From Octopus vulgaris (lineage: Eukaryota): a stretch of 64,000 bases of DNA. The translations under genes and the position numbers were made by a program. This document shows, piece after piece, positions 1 to 13,258 of the stretch. The first letter of the stretch is position 1. Each line of letters begins with the position of its first letter. Where the stretch lies: NCBI GenBank assembly GCA_951406725.2, contig OX597825.1, forward strand, positions 48,856,001 to 48,920,000. The letters are read 5' to 3'. A model generated the notes under the pieces. It was not told the DNA's origin and did not search any database. It saw only the letters and a program-made list of their open reading frames with translations.

Positions 1-313
1 TTCAATGAAACACTCAACATGCTAGAAGACTATAAGAAAATTGTTGCGTTAATCTACGGAATGTTTTAAACGATGTTTTATAGAGTAAAATAATTTGTTT
101 TCTTTTCAGTTCAGCAATGATAGCCTTAAAAATGTATAAGGTGTATTAATGAAAAATCAACAGCAATGTTTTCCCTTTAACAATGGAAAAGGGCACCAGG
201 AAATTAATAAAAGCATAAAAACGCGAAACAATATAAATATAAATGATGTATATAGAAAACTATCTGGGTAATACAAATCACAAAATGGTGGCAACATATT
301 AGCGGGAAACGGA

Positions 314-475
<162 letters not shown>

Positions 476-3470
476 CGTTTCTTTATTAGCCACAAGGGCC
501 GACAAAAAGAAGATTGGACATTACAAAACATGAAGGACAAAGTGGGGTTTGATAAAGTGTCGTGTAAAAGTCGACAACAATGAAAAAATAACAAAGAAAA
601 TGCCTAAAGGAAGCAAGCAACACTGGGCTACTCATGGAGACCCCACGAAAAATCCACATGCGCGCCCCATCTTTATATCTTTCTCAGCCTTGGAAACTCA
701 CAAGCGCATGCTCAAAGTTGACACGGACCGTCTTCGCCACATTCACCCACCTTTTAACAAAATTGCTGGAAGTCAGCACTTCTCTCTCTACCCTCACCTT
801 CCTTTCCAGATGGTATCTGAAAAAGTTGATAAGGGGTAGGTCAAAGAGAAAAGTATTTTTCTTCAGCCCTTTCAGCCTAGACCACCACACAACCTCTTTC
901 GCAAAAGCCACGAGACAGTTGAAAATTGCCTTCTCTTGCTGGTCAAAGGAAGGCGGCGGGGCAATCTTCATGATGGAATCAGCCAACAAGCGTACACGTC
1001 CTACACGTGTCAGCAGGTGTTCGACATAAAACCATATATCAGATATGCTCAGTCACATAGGGTTTCGTCAATCTGTGCACATCTCGGCCACTTCCATGCC
1101 TGTACAGTTTATCTCGAACAGGCAAAGCTTCCCTATAACACTGCCAGGCCAGGTATTTCTGGAAGTTATCCATAAGCCCTGGCCAGAAAGTCCTCTGGAA
1201 CAGACTGGTGAGTTGAAATTCATCGATGCTTAGAGTCTCTCCAAGAATGTTGTCGTTTCCTTTCACTAATAACTTTCTATACAACGCCATAGTAGAAATT
1301 CCACTAACCGCATTGCCCGATCGGCTGAGGAGCGTGAACGCCTAGCGACTTAAGGTGCCAGACCTCCAGCCTCGATCTACGCTTAATCCAAAATTGCAGC
1401 TCACTCAAAGAGATGAGTTGTAGTAAAGCTAGTCTGACAAAGGTGACCACACCTGCGCACTGTCGTTGAGGAAACGCAGGATGAGTCGCAAGCTCAGCGC
1501 ATGTCTGTATATCAATAGCCACAGAAAACCCAGCCCTCCATTCATAGGGTGTTGACAGCAAATGGAGCGTCTGACCAGGAGAGGCCGCCCCTTCCATAAG
1601 AGGCAGAAAAGCAAACTGTCCAGCTTGACCAGGTACGAGCTGGGGCAAAGCACGACGGTGAGGCGGTAGTAAATGACTGAGACGACGTAAGTGTTCGCCA
1701 CCTCTGCCTGACCTTTCAAGTATAGCTTTCGCTCGGCCGATTTCTAGGTGAGAATGGCTACCCTGCTCGCCACCTCGCTCCAGTTCCTCTCCAGTTGGAA
1801 ATTTGGACCGAACCAGACACCGAGCAATTTTACGGGCCTGACTGTCCAACGTCCTACAAGGTCAGCATGGATCTGCCTCTCCAGGTGCCGAGCTGCAGAA
1901 CCACCGATTTTCCCGGTTTAATCTTTGCTCCCTTTACTTGCTCGTATTCTTTAACGATAGTGCTGACCAAATCTATGTACTTGTCGTCCGACACTATGAC
2001 AGTGACGTCGTCAGCTTATGCCGATACAACACCCCCACATCCTAGTTCATGCGAGATACCTCTTAACGTCTCCAGTTTCTGAAGTAATGGTTCGAGGGTC
2101 AGTACATACAGAAGGGACGAGAGAGGGCACCCTTGACAGACCGAATGCACGATGTTGAATGGTTTCGATATGTGACCATTCACCCGGACTACCGAGCAGA
2201 TGTCACTACATGGCAGCGATCTAACAGAGGAAAACCGGACCGAAATCGGCCGCCGTTAGAACAAACCGCCAGATATTGATGGTCAACACTATCAAAGGCT
2301 TTTGACTGATCTAAATTGATCAAAGCCCCACCCATACCAGATTTCTTAACTACACTATCCATGATGCAGCGCATGAGGTGGAGGTTGTCAAGGATGGACC
2401 TGTTTGGGACGGCGCATGTTTGTGCGTCTCTAACCAGTTTCTCGAGGACGAGTGCCAACCTCTTCACTAAAACTTTGCCCAAAATTTTCATGTCTACATT
2501 AAGCTGAATGATGGACCTAAAATTATCTAATACCTCGCCCTTGTTTGGATCCTTTCTTAGCAGTAGCACTGCTCCTCGGCTAACAGATTTGGGAATTCTC
2601 TCATTCTGTTGCCAGTTGCAGTAGATATCTGCCAAGAGGCCTGCAAACAAGTCTTGCATACTAGAATAAAGCTCGTAGGGCAGACCATCTCAAACCGGCG
2701 GTTTCTCTCCCCCCTCCACCATGCAGCCCATTATCTCGTCCTATATTTCTTTAATTGTTATCGACCATTCGCCACACTCCGCACCAGTTGCCGAGAGTCG
2801 TGGCATCCATCCTGCGATCTGGCCCACCGTTCGTCCCGAACAATTCGACAAAATGTTGCTGAAAAGCCGCACACATCTGCTCCGGCTCGTTCACCGTGCG
2901 CCTAGTTTGGTTCACCAAAGAGTGAATGGTGTTTTTGTCGCCATTTTGCGCATCAGCCACTGGGGCCCATCGGGCAGCATTGGTTCCCTCTTGTCTCAGA
3001 GCATGGGCCTTAGTCCTAACCATGCAACCTTCGTGATCGGCGTTGAAGTGTTCATCGAGGGCCAACCTCGGTGCCAGTACATCAGTTGCAATGCCTTTCC
3101 TAAGCGCCACTTCTAGCTTCCTCACTAACTCGCCCTCTAATCTATTTGTTTCTACAGCTTAAACTTTACTAAATCTAACTGATTCTACTTTGATGGCTCT
3201 TTTTAGTTTATACCACAATTTATTATTGACGATTGCCCCCCCCCCCCGTCAAAGCTTTCTGAACTAACTCTTTAATCCAGTCTCTGAAAGCTTGGACAGC
3301 CGGGAGTGACGTGTTCAGCCTCCAGTCGCCGGGGCCGTGCCTACATATGCTATCTAAATCAACCTTACAGGTCACGAATTTGTGATCTGTGTAGCCGACT
3401 GTTTGAAATTATGGACAACTAATACTATGCCAGTTTTCTCTGTTCGGGCAAACAAAATATCATCTAAGTG
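476..3470 (-). mobile_element. Tx1/L1-clade non-LTR retrotransposon, 5'-truncated, ORF2 with frameshifts and stops
   Basis: Minus-strand translation gives the APE-endonuclease C-terminus (GYTDHKF, GPGDWRLN), RT motifs (GGALINLDQSKAFDSVDHQYL; CQGCPLSSLLYVLTLEPLL; SAYADDVTVIV) and a C-terminal region (AKEVVWWSRLK). The 3' end reads CCCTTGTGGCTAATAAAGAAA followed by (ATT)n. Confidence 0.9.
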
Positions 3471-3901
3471 AATTTAAAAACTTTAATATCTACAACTTTC
3501 TGTAAAAATTTTACACTACTTCTCTTTCCTTTCCTTTCTCCCTGAGTATTCGAAAATGTAAACATCATTTTCATTGCAAAACACTACAGTCTTCCCTGAT
3601 CGGACATACGAATGAACATCTCTAAAAAACTTAGAAACTTTAATATCTACAATTTTGTGGGAAAATTTTATCTTTCCTTTTTGTCTGACTACCCTAATAT
3701 ATAAACATGTCTTTTGCTGTAACAGCATAATTAAATGCACAATAAAAAACAACAACAAAAAATGAGGTAAGCACCGGCCAATATATACAAACTGCACATT
3801 TAAAAAAAAACTATTATTATTATTATTATAGTTGTTGTTGTTGTGTTAACAAGAAACAAACTGACAAATATCCGTCAAATGTAAATAATGTAAATAATGT
3901 G

Positions 3902-4021
<120 letters not shown>

Positions 4022-4409
4022 AAATCATTTTTTCTATCAGTAATTAAAACTAGAACAACGTGAATTCGTTTTTTTCAAGCCAAGGTCAGCGCTCTTATTG
4101 ATCGCTAGTAGTAAGCACATTTGACCTCTGTTGACCCCAAGGGTGTGAGGCTACTTTTGTCTCCTTATCGCATAGGATTGCCCATTGCTGATCTCTTCAC
4201 CGTTTGCCGAATCTATTTATAGACCTTTGGAATTTAAACTATTCACCAAGCTGTCTCGCTTGCTACTACTTAAACACTCACATATTTATGATCATATCAA
4301 GTACAAAACAAAGGTTGAAACTAAACAACATTTAATAATACCCTTTAATAATAAATGGAATTAATAATAATGATAAGAACAACAACAATAACAGCAACAA
4401 TAATAATGA

Positions 4410-5954
4410 AAAGAAGCGGTTAGAATTTCCCTATGCTCTGATTGATGATACATCTAGTGATGGTGTCACAATAAAAACACTGGTAACTGCGCAACTTGAT
4501 AATCGCTGCCTCATATCAGTGACAATGAAAACTCAAAATATTGTGAATAACGGTGGCAATGTAACCGAAGCCATCAATGGTGACAGTGTTACACCCGGCA
4601 GGCTCAGAGATACTGGTCTGACTCCAGCCTGTCGTTATCCAACAAGGGACCAGCATATACTGTGTAGATGGAACAAACAAATCAATGCTGTGGTGATGGA
4701 GTGTTGCTACCTGAGCAACCTCGTAGACGAAAATGGTGTTCATCTTAGGGGATAGCGACATCGTATGCATGATCAATTGAGAAAAAGAGGATTTTTTCAG
4801 CTCACGGAATAGAAATTATGTGATCAAGCTAGAGCAATAACAAAAGAAAAAAAATGTTTGGTTCACAGAAGTAGAGCTAGAAGTTATCAAAAGACGGGTC
4901 TTGAAAAACAGCAGCAGAGGAAATGATGAAAATACAATTCCTACTGATAAAAGTAATCTCATAGCAGAAAACAGAGGTGAATAAACACAGGACAGGAACA
5001 GTGATAACTTGCTCAATGAGAGGCATAAATATGGTTTAGAAGAAGACAATAAAACTAATGGTGACATGACAGATGGGCAAGGGTTCAGGAGAAAGATAGT
5101 GACATTATTTGCAACCTTAAAAAGGTTGGCCGGTGGAAATTGAACCAAGAAAAGAAATATGTGGATGAAATTCTGAAATACATCAGAACAAAAAAATCAC
5201 AGAAACAAATAATCAAGGCAGCAAGTATTTTTGTAGCAGAAAATGTGGGTGTTGATGTCAAGAAAAAGAAATTTAATGGTAATAACAAAAGAGAAGATCC
5301 ATGCTGGAAACAAAGAGTATATGCGGGTTATATATGCTCTCGAGGGACATTTCTGTGTTAGACCAAACAGAGAAGGAGGAGCTTAAAAGCAAACAAATAT
5401 ACAGGGTACTGAACAGGAAGTATAATACTGAAAGAAAGTAGTAATAGAGAAACTGAAGCAGCGCCTCGTTGCAAAGAAAGTTAAGATGGTAAGATACGAC
5501 CAAAGAATGAATGGTTACAAGCAGAATAGGTTATTCAGAGTAGATCAGAAGAGAGTCTACAAAGAAATAAATAGAGAGTGCATTGATGAAAAGTTAGTAA
5601 CATTGAAAGTCAAATGATTTGGAGTGACATTTGGAGCAAAGACAAGGTGCACAAGAAAGATGCTGAATGGTTTCAAGAACTGAAACAAACAGTAGTCTGT
5701 CCAAAACTGGCAGAACTAGTCATTTCAGTTAGGGAAGTGAAGGAAATCAGCAAAAAAACAAAAACAAAGAAGAAAAATGGGCAACAAATGGCGCAGGAGT
5801 GGCTGTGTGGTAAGTAGCTTGTTTACCAACTACATGGTTCCGGGTTCAGTCCCACTGCGTGGCACCTTGGGCAAGTGTCTTCTACTATAGCCTCGGGCCG
5901 ACCAAAGCCTTGTGAGTGGATTTGGTAGACGGAAACTGAAAGAAGCCCGTCGTA

Positions 5955-6004
<50 letters not shown>

Positions 6005-6915
6005 CGTGTGTGTGTTTGTGTGTCTGTGTTTGTCCCCCTAGCATTGCTTGACAACCGATGCTGGTGTGCTTATGTCCCCGTTACTTAGCGGTTCGGCAAA
6101 AAGAGACCGATAGAATAAGTACTGGGCTTACAAAAAAAATAAGTCCCGTGGTCGAGTTACTCGATTAAAGGCGGTGCAGTCAAATGACTGAAACAAGTAA
6201 AAGAGTAAAAAGAAAAGAGTAACAAGAAGGCCCCGGGACCAGATGGAGTTCGAGGCTATTGGATCAAAAGATTTGGTGAATGTCATGTACGAATAGCTAC
6301 ACAACTCAACACCTTATTAAATGCCACCCAAGTAACACCAGAGTCGTTGACAATGGCAATACGGTAGACAATTATAGGCCCATATCCTGCTTGCCACATA
6401 TGTAGAAATTATTTCACTGGAATAGTCGCAGAGTCAATGTACGGATATCTGGAAAAAATGGAGTCCTGCCACATGAGCAAAAAAGTTGCAAGCGTAAGTG
6501 CAAAAGTACCAAGAATCAACTCCTCGTAGCCAAAACTAGACTGAACCTATTTGGTATTGCATCGAATGTTGAGCGATTGCTTGGAAAATGCATGGCGAAT
6601 TGGAATGCGGAACTGACAGCATATGGAAAAAGCTTAGAGAATATAGAAATCAAGAGAGGCACCTTCCAAGGGGACTTCCTGTCCCCACCGATCTTTGTAC
6701 TGATTCTGAGGAAAGCAAAGTCTGGGTATGTATTCAAAAACCGCCAACAATAAGTCAACTACTTGTTATTCATGGATGACTTCAAACTTTATGGTAAAGA
6801 TGAATCCGAAGTCAGTTCCCTAGTTGATACTGTGCTGATATTAGAATGGATTTCGGACTGAGAAAGTGTGGTGTGTTAGTCTTGAAGAAAGGCAAAATCA
6901 AATGTATGGACGGGC
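4410..6915 (+). mobile_element. Degenerate R4/Dong-type non-LTR retrotransposon (N-terminal region plus RT), internally deleted, 3' part missing, interrupted by a SINE
   Basis: N-terminal R4-like motif RWNKQINAVVMECCYLS...CDQARAI..WFTEVELE; KAPGPDGVRGYWIK; NYRPISCLP-like; RGTFQGDFLSP; LLFMDDFKLYGK; MDFGLRKC. Preceded by an AAT/AAC-rich tract. Confidence 0.8.
5790..6220 (+). mobile_element. tRNA-derived CORE-type SINE with internal (TA)n(TG)n tract, inserted into the R4-like LINE
   Basis: A-box-like GTGGCTGTGTGG and B-box-like GGTTCAGTCCC; CORE-like GGCACCTTGGGCAAGTG; (AAAGAGT)-like tail. It splits the LINE KMGN|KAPGPDG motif with a short AACAA duplication. Confidence 0.85.
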
Positions 6916-7369
6916 TACATACACATATGCACACACATATACCAATACTGTGACACGTATAGATGTATATTATTATTTTTCTACCAAATGAAATATTATT
7001 TTCGATAAAATATTTTAAAATGTATGTTTTGCATGGGGGGTGTGTGTGATGTGTATATAGCTTTCTTTTTGCTATGTACGCCTGTGTATGTGTGTGTATA
7101 TAATCGATTGTATGATTCTTTTTTGTATGATTGCATGGGTTTTCAAGTTCACTTGTTATGGGCAAGTGTATCCCCCCTTCAATATGAAACTCTTACAATT
7201 TCACAGTAAATACTATCCCGCCATTTTAGTGAGGGTTTTCTATGAAGTCTACATAAGATTCCGTCAGTACCACTTCTGTCAATGCAACTTTCTTTCATAT
7301 ATCTTCCTTCAATACAACTTCTGTCAATACGATTTTCTTTAATATAACTCCTGACACTACATATACTGT

Positions 7370-7678
7370 TTCTAATTCTTCTAGATCCTACAGCTTTGTC
7401 CTCTCTATTTTAGAAAGGTAGCAGAGTATCTAAATATTGGTAGGGTCCTTGTATTCTACATATTTCGAGTGTTTCCAGAATCCATGAATACGGTAACATG
7501 CTGAAAGCCTTTTTAATGTCTATCCAGGCCATGCACATGTTTTTATGGTATCATTTGCAGTTTTTCATTACAACCTTCTCTGTTACAAGGTGATCCTTGG
7601 CGCCCTTAAATCATTTTCGGAATCCCCTTTGCTGTAGTGGAAGTTGACTGTTTTCCGCAAGGAACGTATATATTTTCC

Positions 7679-7680
<2 letters not shown>
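7370..7680 (-). mobile_element. R4/Dong-type RT fragment, 5' end abutting (TAA)n
   Basis: Minus strand GAKDHLVTEKVVMKNCK..KNMCMAWIDIKKAFSMLPYSWILETL, homologous to AWIDYKKAFDSIP at 23.7 kb. Confidence 0.75.
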
Positions 7681-7758
<78 letters not shown>

Positions 7759-7759
7759 A
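7680..7759. repeat. (ATT)n microsatellite
   Basis: Read directly. Confidence 0.95.
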
Positions 7760-7915
7760 TCACGTTCTGAGTTTTTAATTCCGTCGAGGTCGACTATGCC
7801 TTTCATCCTTTCGGGGTCGATGGAACAAGTACCAATTACGCACTTGGCTCGATGTAATCGAATTAACCCCTCCCCACAAATTTCAGGCCTTGTGCCTCTG
7901 TTGAAAGAGTTATTA
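7760..7915 (+). mobile_element. 5'-truncated tRNA-derived SINE (family 2, tail B)
   Basis: Core GCCTTTCATCCTTTCGGGGTCGAT..AAGTACCA shared with other copies; tail AAATTTCAGGCCTTGTGCCT. Confidence 0.8.
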
Positions 7916-8030
7916 AAATTATTTTCATTGTCGTCGTTGTTGTTGTTTAAAATTTTTTTTTTGTTATTGTTGTGGTTGTTGTTGTTAGTATTACCAGAAA
8001 GACGTAGGTCACATCGTTCGTAAATTTCTA

Positions 8031-8134
8031 AGTCTCTTTAAATATTTATGAGTTGTTAATTGTTCTTTTTTTCTTGTTTTCCTTTCCAAAAGAAAAAAAG
8101 AACAATTAACAACTCTTAAATATTTAAAGAGACT
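8031..8134. repeat. Near-perfect inverted repeat (45-bp arms, 14-nt loop)
   Basis: 8031-8075 is the reverse complement of 8090-8134 with 1 mismatch; pairing extends imperfectly to about 8013-8153. Confidence 0.9.
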
Positions 8135-8984
8135 AACAAACTTAAGAAACGATTATTGTACATTTATTATATATGATAAAGACCACCAAAATAATACGGC
8201 TGGGTGTTTGTTAGTTTTCTTTTTGCCTTTTTGGGGTGTAAGGTTGAAAAGAAAATTTTGCTGAAAAGAAATTTTTGTTCTGTGAAAATAATTTAAATGA
8301 AAAAATGAAGTTGACTTCCACAGCCAGTAAAATGGAGAGTGAAGGGAGAGATAACGCTAAGATACAGTCGAAGCACACTTCAAGGGCTTTTCCTTTCACG
8401 CTGCGCTTGGAAGGGAAGAAAAATATATTCTCAAGTTTCCAAATCCGGAAAATTGCTATTACGGCAACGACAGTTTCAGTTACATAAACAACAACAGTAT
8501 CTGCAACAACACTAACAAAAGTAACAAAAGAAAAGCTGTAGCAGCAACAGCGGCGATAACAGCAGCAGCAACAGTAGCGACAATAGCAGCAACACAGCAA
8601 CAATAGCGGTGGCAGAGGCAAGTACAGCTGCGGCAGGAACAACAGTGGCAGTAGAAGGAGCAACATCAACAACGTATGAAAAGCAGTGGAGACAGCAGTT
8701 ACAGTGATTGTTGCAACGGTAGGAGCAACAGCACGAGCAGTAACGAAACTACCAATATCAACAACAACAACAAAAGTAAAGCTTCTTTCACTTGAGTGGT
8801 CACCACAAAAGAACTTTATACTCTCTACCTAAGAGGTAAACAGTCGAAATTGGAACACTCCGTAAGATATCGAAAAGTTAAGAGAAGGTCAGAGCTTGAC
8901 CCCAATTCCTAAAGATCTAGCTGTAACTGCTGGAAAAACTGATATATATTGACCCATTAACGAAAAAACTCATTTAGGAGAGAC

Positions 8985-9702
8985 GACCAAAAGTGCACCA
9001 GGCTGATAACATCACTGACATTGTTTGAGGGAAATCTAGCTGGTTTCCTTGAACGTTTCCTCAACTAGGTTATGTGTTGGGTGCATGACATTGAGCCAGA
9101 GACAATGAGACACTCCACCTTACCTGCTCTAAAGAAGGCCAAGGTGGTTTCGTTTTCAGAGAAGGTGATGGCATCAGTTCTTCGAGATGTAAAAAATCTT
9201 CTGTTTATTGACTTTATTAAAAGGGGTATACCGTACGTAGAGAATATTATGCCAACCTGCAGAGGAAGTCATGAAAGGGTATGACGACCAAATACCAAGA
9301 AAAACTGATGAAAGGGGTCTTGTTTCGTCTGGACTATGCTCTAGCCCATTAGTCCTTGCTTTCAATGGCTGCTGTATGTGACCGTGACTTGAACTGGTTG
9401 ATCACAGTCCCTATTCTCTTGATTTGGCCCCGTTTGACTATCACATGTTCCTCAACATTAAAAAAAACTCATGGCTGGGATGATTCTGTCACATCTACTG
9501 CTGATGACTTTATTGACCAACAAGATGAAAGCTTCTTCACTAATGGAATGCAAGTACAGTAACATTGATGGAAGAAGTGTGTCGACCGCAAGGGCAATTA
9601 TGTTTAAAAATGAACCATGGCCTATATATGAGGCCAATGTTTTTTCATATATCGAGAAAAGCCCTTTCCATTTGAGTATCCTATCAGGAACCTTCATCCT
9701 GC
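8985..9702 (+). mobile_element. Mariner transposase 3' half (degenerate)
   Basis: DQKCTRLIT..FLERFL..CWVHDIEPET; KKAKVV...KVMASV; HSPYSLDLAPFDYHMF (YSPDLAPSD-like); WKKCVDRKGNYV. Confidence 0.8.
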
Positions 9703-9757
9703 CAAGTTTATTTAATGCAAAATATTCTCTAATCTTATATGCTAATAGGATTGTTTA

Positions 9758-10306
9758 TTCTGATCAGGTTTCAGAAGATGTGGTACCCACCGAGCCGAAA
9801 CCTTCGTCATGCTATGTTTATTGAGCAGAATATTCTCAACTCTCACATGAGATAAACTAATAGCATTGGCTGTTTGATTTATAGTCAATCGTTTGCCATC
9901 CAGTACCTTGTGGTGAATACAATCAAGGTTTTCCTTAGTGATGACAGTATCAGGACGACCAGCTCTTGAGCCATCTTCAACAAACTCCCTTCCTCTCCTA
10001 AATTCAGCTACTCTTTTTGCACTGTTGATACAGCTGGAGCACGCTGGTGTAGTACCCATGTCAGCACGAATGTCCTTGAGGCATTTCTATTGGTACTTGT
10101 TAATACCACGATGCCAAATTTTGTCCGTTTTCAAGGAAAATCGGTACTTGTTAATTCTGAAGTCTTCTTTCAACAGTCATATGTCAGTTTACCTGGAAAA
10201 ACAAAACAATTATTAATACAAAGAGTTGAAATTAATGCATGCAAGATCTCACAGTTCTAGTCTCACTCCTTCATAGCTAGATTATGAACTTTTCAACACG
10301 CCCTCG
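9758..10306 (-). mobile_element. Mariner 5' half with TIR, in the opposite orientation to the adjacent 3' half
   Basis: TA|CGAGGGCGTGTTGAAAAGTTC TIR on the minus strand; EFRRGREFVEDGSRAGRP and KVSARWVPHLLKPDQ (WVPHEL motif). Confidence 0.85.
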
Positions 10307-10404
10307 TAGAGAAAGAAAGAGAAGCTTTCAAAAACACAGTCCCGGGCAACAATAAACAGGCAATGAATACATATTTACAGGGAAACTCTAAATACAATGC
10401 CATG

Positions 10405-11290
10405 ATCCTTAGAAAAGGCATTGCAACTGATGTGCTGGTGGCGAGATTTGCCCTTGGCCGATTTTTCAATACGAATCTTGCGTTGACAGAGCTAGCGAAC
10501 GTTATCTAAAGCATGAAGGAATGAAAGTCGTTTAATGGCAGAGTTGCACACGGCAACAAAGACGCAATTTGGTTTTTGACGGATCGGAAGGAGTACTTGA
10601 TATACGGTTTCAAGCTGATATACGCAGCTTTTCAGTGGCACTTCGCTGAACTTCTTGTGACGGACCGGATACTTGAATGGATTTTTCCGTTTACCTCGTT
10701 TTCTTAGCACCCGAATATGTAGGAAATTACATCAGGCCTGTAACTCAGGTAAATGCAGAAGTGAACATTTTGACCAAGTTGTTGGGTAAGAAGTTAGCGT
10801 TTGTCGTCGACAATCTGATTGGTGAGACCCAGACACGTAGAGGAAACATCTATCCACAAACAGCAGCTCACGTGATACTCCATAGAAAGCGTGGATAAAG
10901 GACCTGCGGTGAGTGGCGATGCCTACAACACATCCGTCATCTGCTACCACCTCACTATCTGAGGAGTGGAAATGTTCCGCTATTCAGATGGCCCATTTGC
11001 AGTCACCATCCACTGTATGAAGGACTGCTCATGTCGTGGTTGACTCTACAGGCATGGGAGTACAGTCACCTGCGCCTGCCCGAAAGTGCGCGGATCGAGG
11101 AAACCGTCTTGCATGCTCAAGCATTGCTGAATTATTGAGTTATGCTGAACAGCTACTGTCACGTGTACAGTAGATCTGGCCATCGTCTGACTTCATCCAG
11201 AATATCGCTCTGCCACCATCCTTTGGCCTTGAAGGGCTGGCAGTTTTCCTCTGTCTGGTACCTATGGGCGGGCCTCTGTGCGTGATTGAT
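10405..11290 (+). mobile_element. Internally deleted, degenerate Tx1-like LINE copy
   Basis: LRKGIATDVLVARFAL and AAFQWHFAELL match the 2.8-3.1 kb copy; KKLAFVVDNLIGETQT is RT domain; IALPPSFGLEGLAVFLCLV matches the C-terminus. Confidence 0.7.
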
Positions 11291-11531
11291 ACTGATATTC
11301 AAATGATAATTAACATGAGAGGAGAAACATTCTAAGATTGAACACTTAGGAAAGTAGAATAACCATTCTTACATTGGTTCTTCATGTTAATTGCTCAATG
11401 TACAGACCCTAGCACAGCCTATTTACCTACGAGCCCACATCTTTGCCTGCCTGCCTACCTACATATCTACTTACCTACCTACATACCTACATACCTACCT
11501 ACCTACCTACCTAACTACCTACCTATATATA

Positions 11532-11762
11532 TATTTCTTTACTACCCGCAAGGGGCTAAACACAGAGGGGACAAACAAGGACAGACAAAGGGATTAAGCC
11601 GATCACATCGACTCCAGTGCGTAACTGGTACTTAATTTATCGACCCCGAAAGGATGAAAGGCAAAGTCAACCTCGGCGGAATTTGAACTCAGAACGTAAC
11701 AGCAGACGAAATACGGCTACGCATTTCGTCCGGCGTTCTAACGTTTCTGCCAGCTCGCCGCC
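11532..11762 (-). mobile_element. Full-length tRNA-derived SINE (family 2, tail A) inserted in (TACC)n
   Basis: GGCGGCGAGCTGGCAGAAACGTTAG head, B box GAGTTCAAATTCC, tail CCCCTTGCGGGTAGTAAAGAAATA; flanking CCTACCTACCTATAT duplication. Confidence 0.9.
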
Positions 11763-12265
11763 TTCCTACCTACCTATATACATACTTACATACATATATA
11801 CGTACGTACGCACATTTATACATACATACATACATACATACATACATACATACATACATACATACATACATACATACATACATACATACATACATACATA
11901 CTTACTTTCCAATGCAACAGTCTCCGTATATATTTATTGTTTTGAAAAAGCTGTCGCAACTTCAAAGTTATTGTCAAAATTATGAAGCCATATGCGTATA
12001 TGTATTTGATACACTTCTATTTTGCGATAGGAAATTATGCATAAATTTGACTGAAAGCATGCGTACGAACTGAGATACAGAAAGAATGTGGCAGCATATC
12101 GATAGCAACACAAACTTTCAATGCAATTAATGAATTCTGAATGATAACAAATACACTTGAAAAACTTAATAGAACTGGATAACATATTTATACATTTATC
12201 AACCTTGTCGACTGATTAAAATCATCATAGGTGGTACTTAATCTGTATTAATTGATAAAGTTTTA

Positions 12266-12460
12266 AAGGCGGCGAGCTGAAACAACCATTACAAAATGCC
12301 GCTAAGCATTTTTCTGTCTTTATGTTGTGAGTTCAAATTCCACAGAGATCGACTTCGCCTTTCATCCTTTCTGCATCGATGAAATAAGAGCACTGGATTC
12401 GATGTAATCGGCATACCCCTTCGCCGAATTTCTTGGCCTTGTGTCAAAATGTGAAACCAA
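12266..12460 (+). mobile_element. Diverged family-2 SINE (tail B)
   Basis: GGCGGCGAGCTG head, GAGTTCAAATTCC, GCCTTTCATCCTTT core, TTTCTTGGCCTTGTG tail. Confidence 0.75.
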
Positions 12461-13210
12461 TACGATAACGTTTTACATATTAGAACTGGGACATAGAGAT
12501 GCGGTTTCAATTATTAAATGGGGAACTGTATATTATATTCATATTTATGTACTTGTAGCTCCATTTAATACAGATATGTATATTCTTCAGGTATTATTTT
12601 AAAAAGAAAAATGTTTTAGGTTTTAGACACTGCAGCTTTTGACTCTACTAGTTACATAGCATTCATACACATGGAAAATACACATGTATATTATTAGTAT
12701 AAATATATCCTATATATACTCATACATACAAATACATCTACGTCCGTGTTGTTATTAAGTGTCTATGTGAATGACGATATAACACCACGTGACCGTGTAA
12801 TAGAATGTTTAACTTAGAAAGGTGACGTTTAATTTCGTCACTTAGATTCATTCTATAGAATTGAAGAGAAGTATTGAAAGACAGAGATTGACTGGGAAGT
12901 AGATTGGGAGTTATTTAAATAGAGGAAGCGATGAATAGACATAGTTCTTAAATATAAACATGCAATCTGCATTCCAAAGAACAGACCTCTCTCTCTCTCT
13001 TTGCATTTATGGTATCTTATAAATAGATATGGTATCCATATATATTTATAAGTACCCTTTTCTGTTCCTACGTTTGAATATTTCATATATTACACCCCGC
13101 CCAATGTTTACAGACATTACACGCCTACATATGTATGTATGTATGCATTATGTATGTATGTATGTATGTATGCATTTATGTATGCATGCATGCATGTATG
13201 TATGCATGTG

Positions 13211-13258
<48 letters not shown>

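Noticed and set aside
3461-3680. ~60-bp imperfect direct repeat (3461-3530 / 3617-3680) as a CRISPR-like or regulatory array
   Set aside because: Only two diverged copies at a LINE 5' junction; an ordinary local duplication. No CRISPR array or cas gene anywhere in the window.
5790-5860. tRNA-like sequences at SINE heads (also 11690-11762, 40050-40120, 61608-61700)
   Set aside because: They have A/B boxes but no complete cloverleaf and continue into SINE bodies, so they are not tRNA genes.
8211-8775. Signal-peptide- or Cys-rich-looking ORF 8211..8672
   Set aside because: Degenerate (CAG/CAA)n low-complexity tract.
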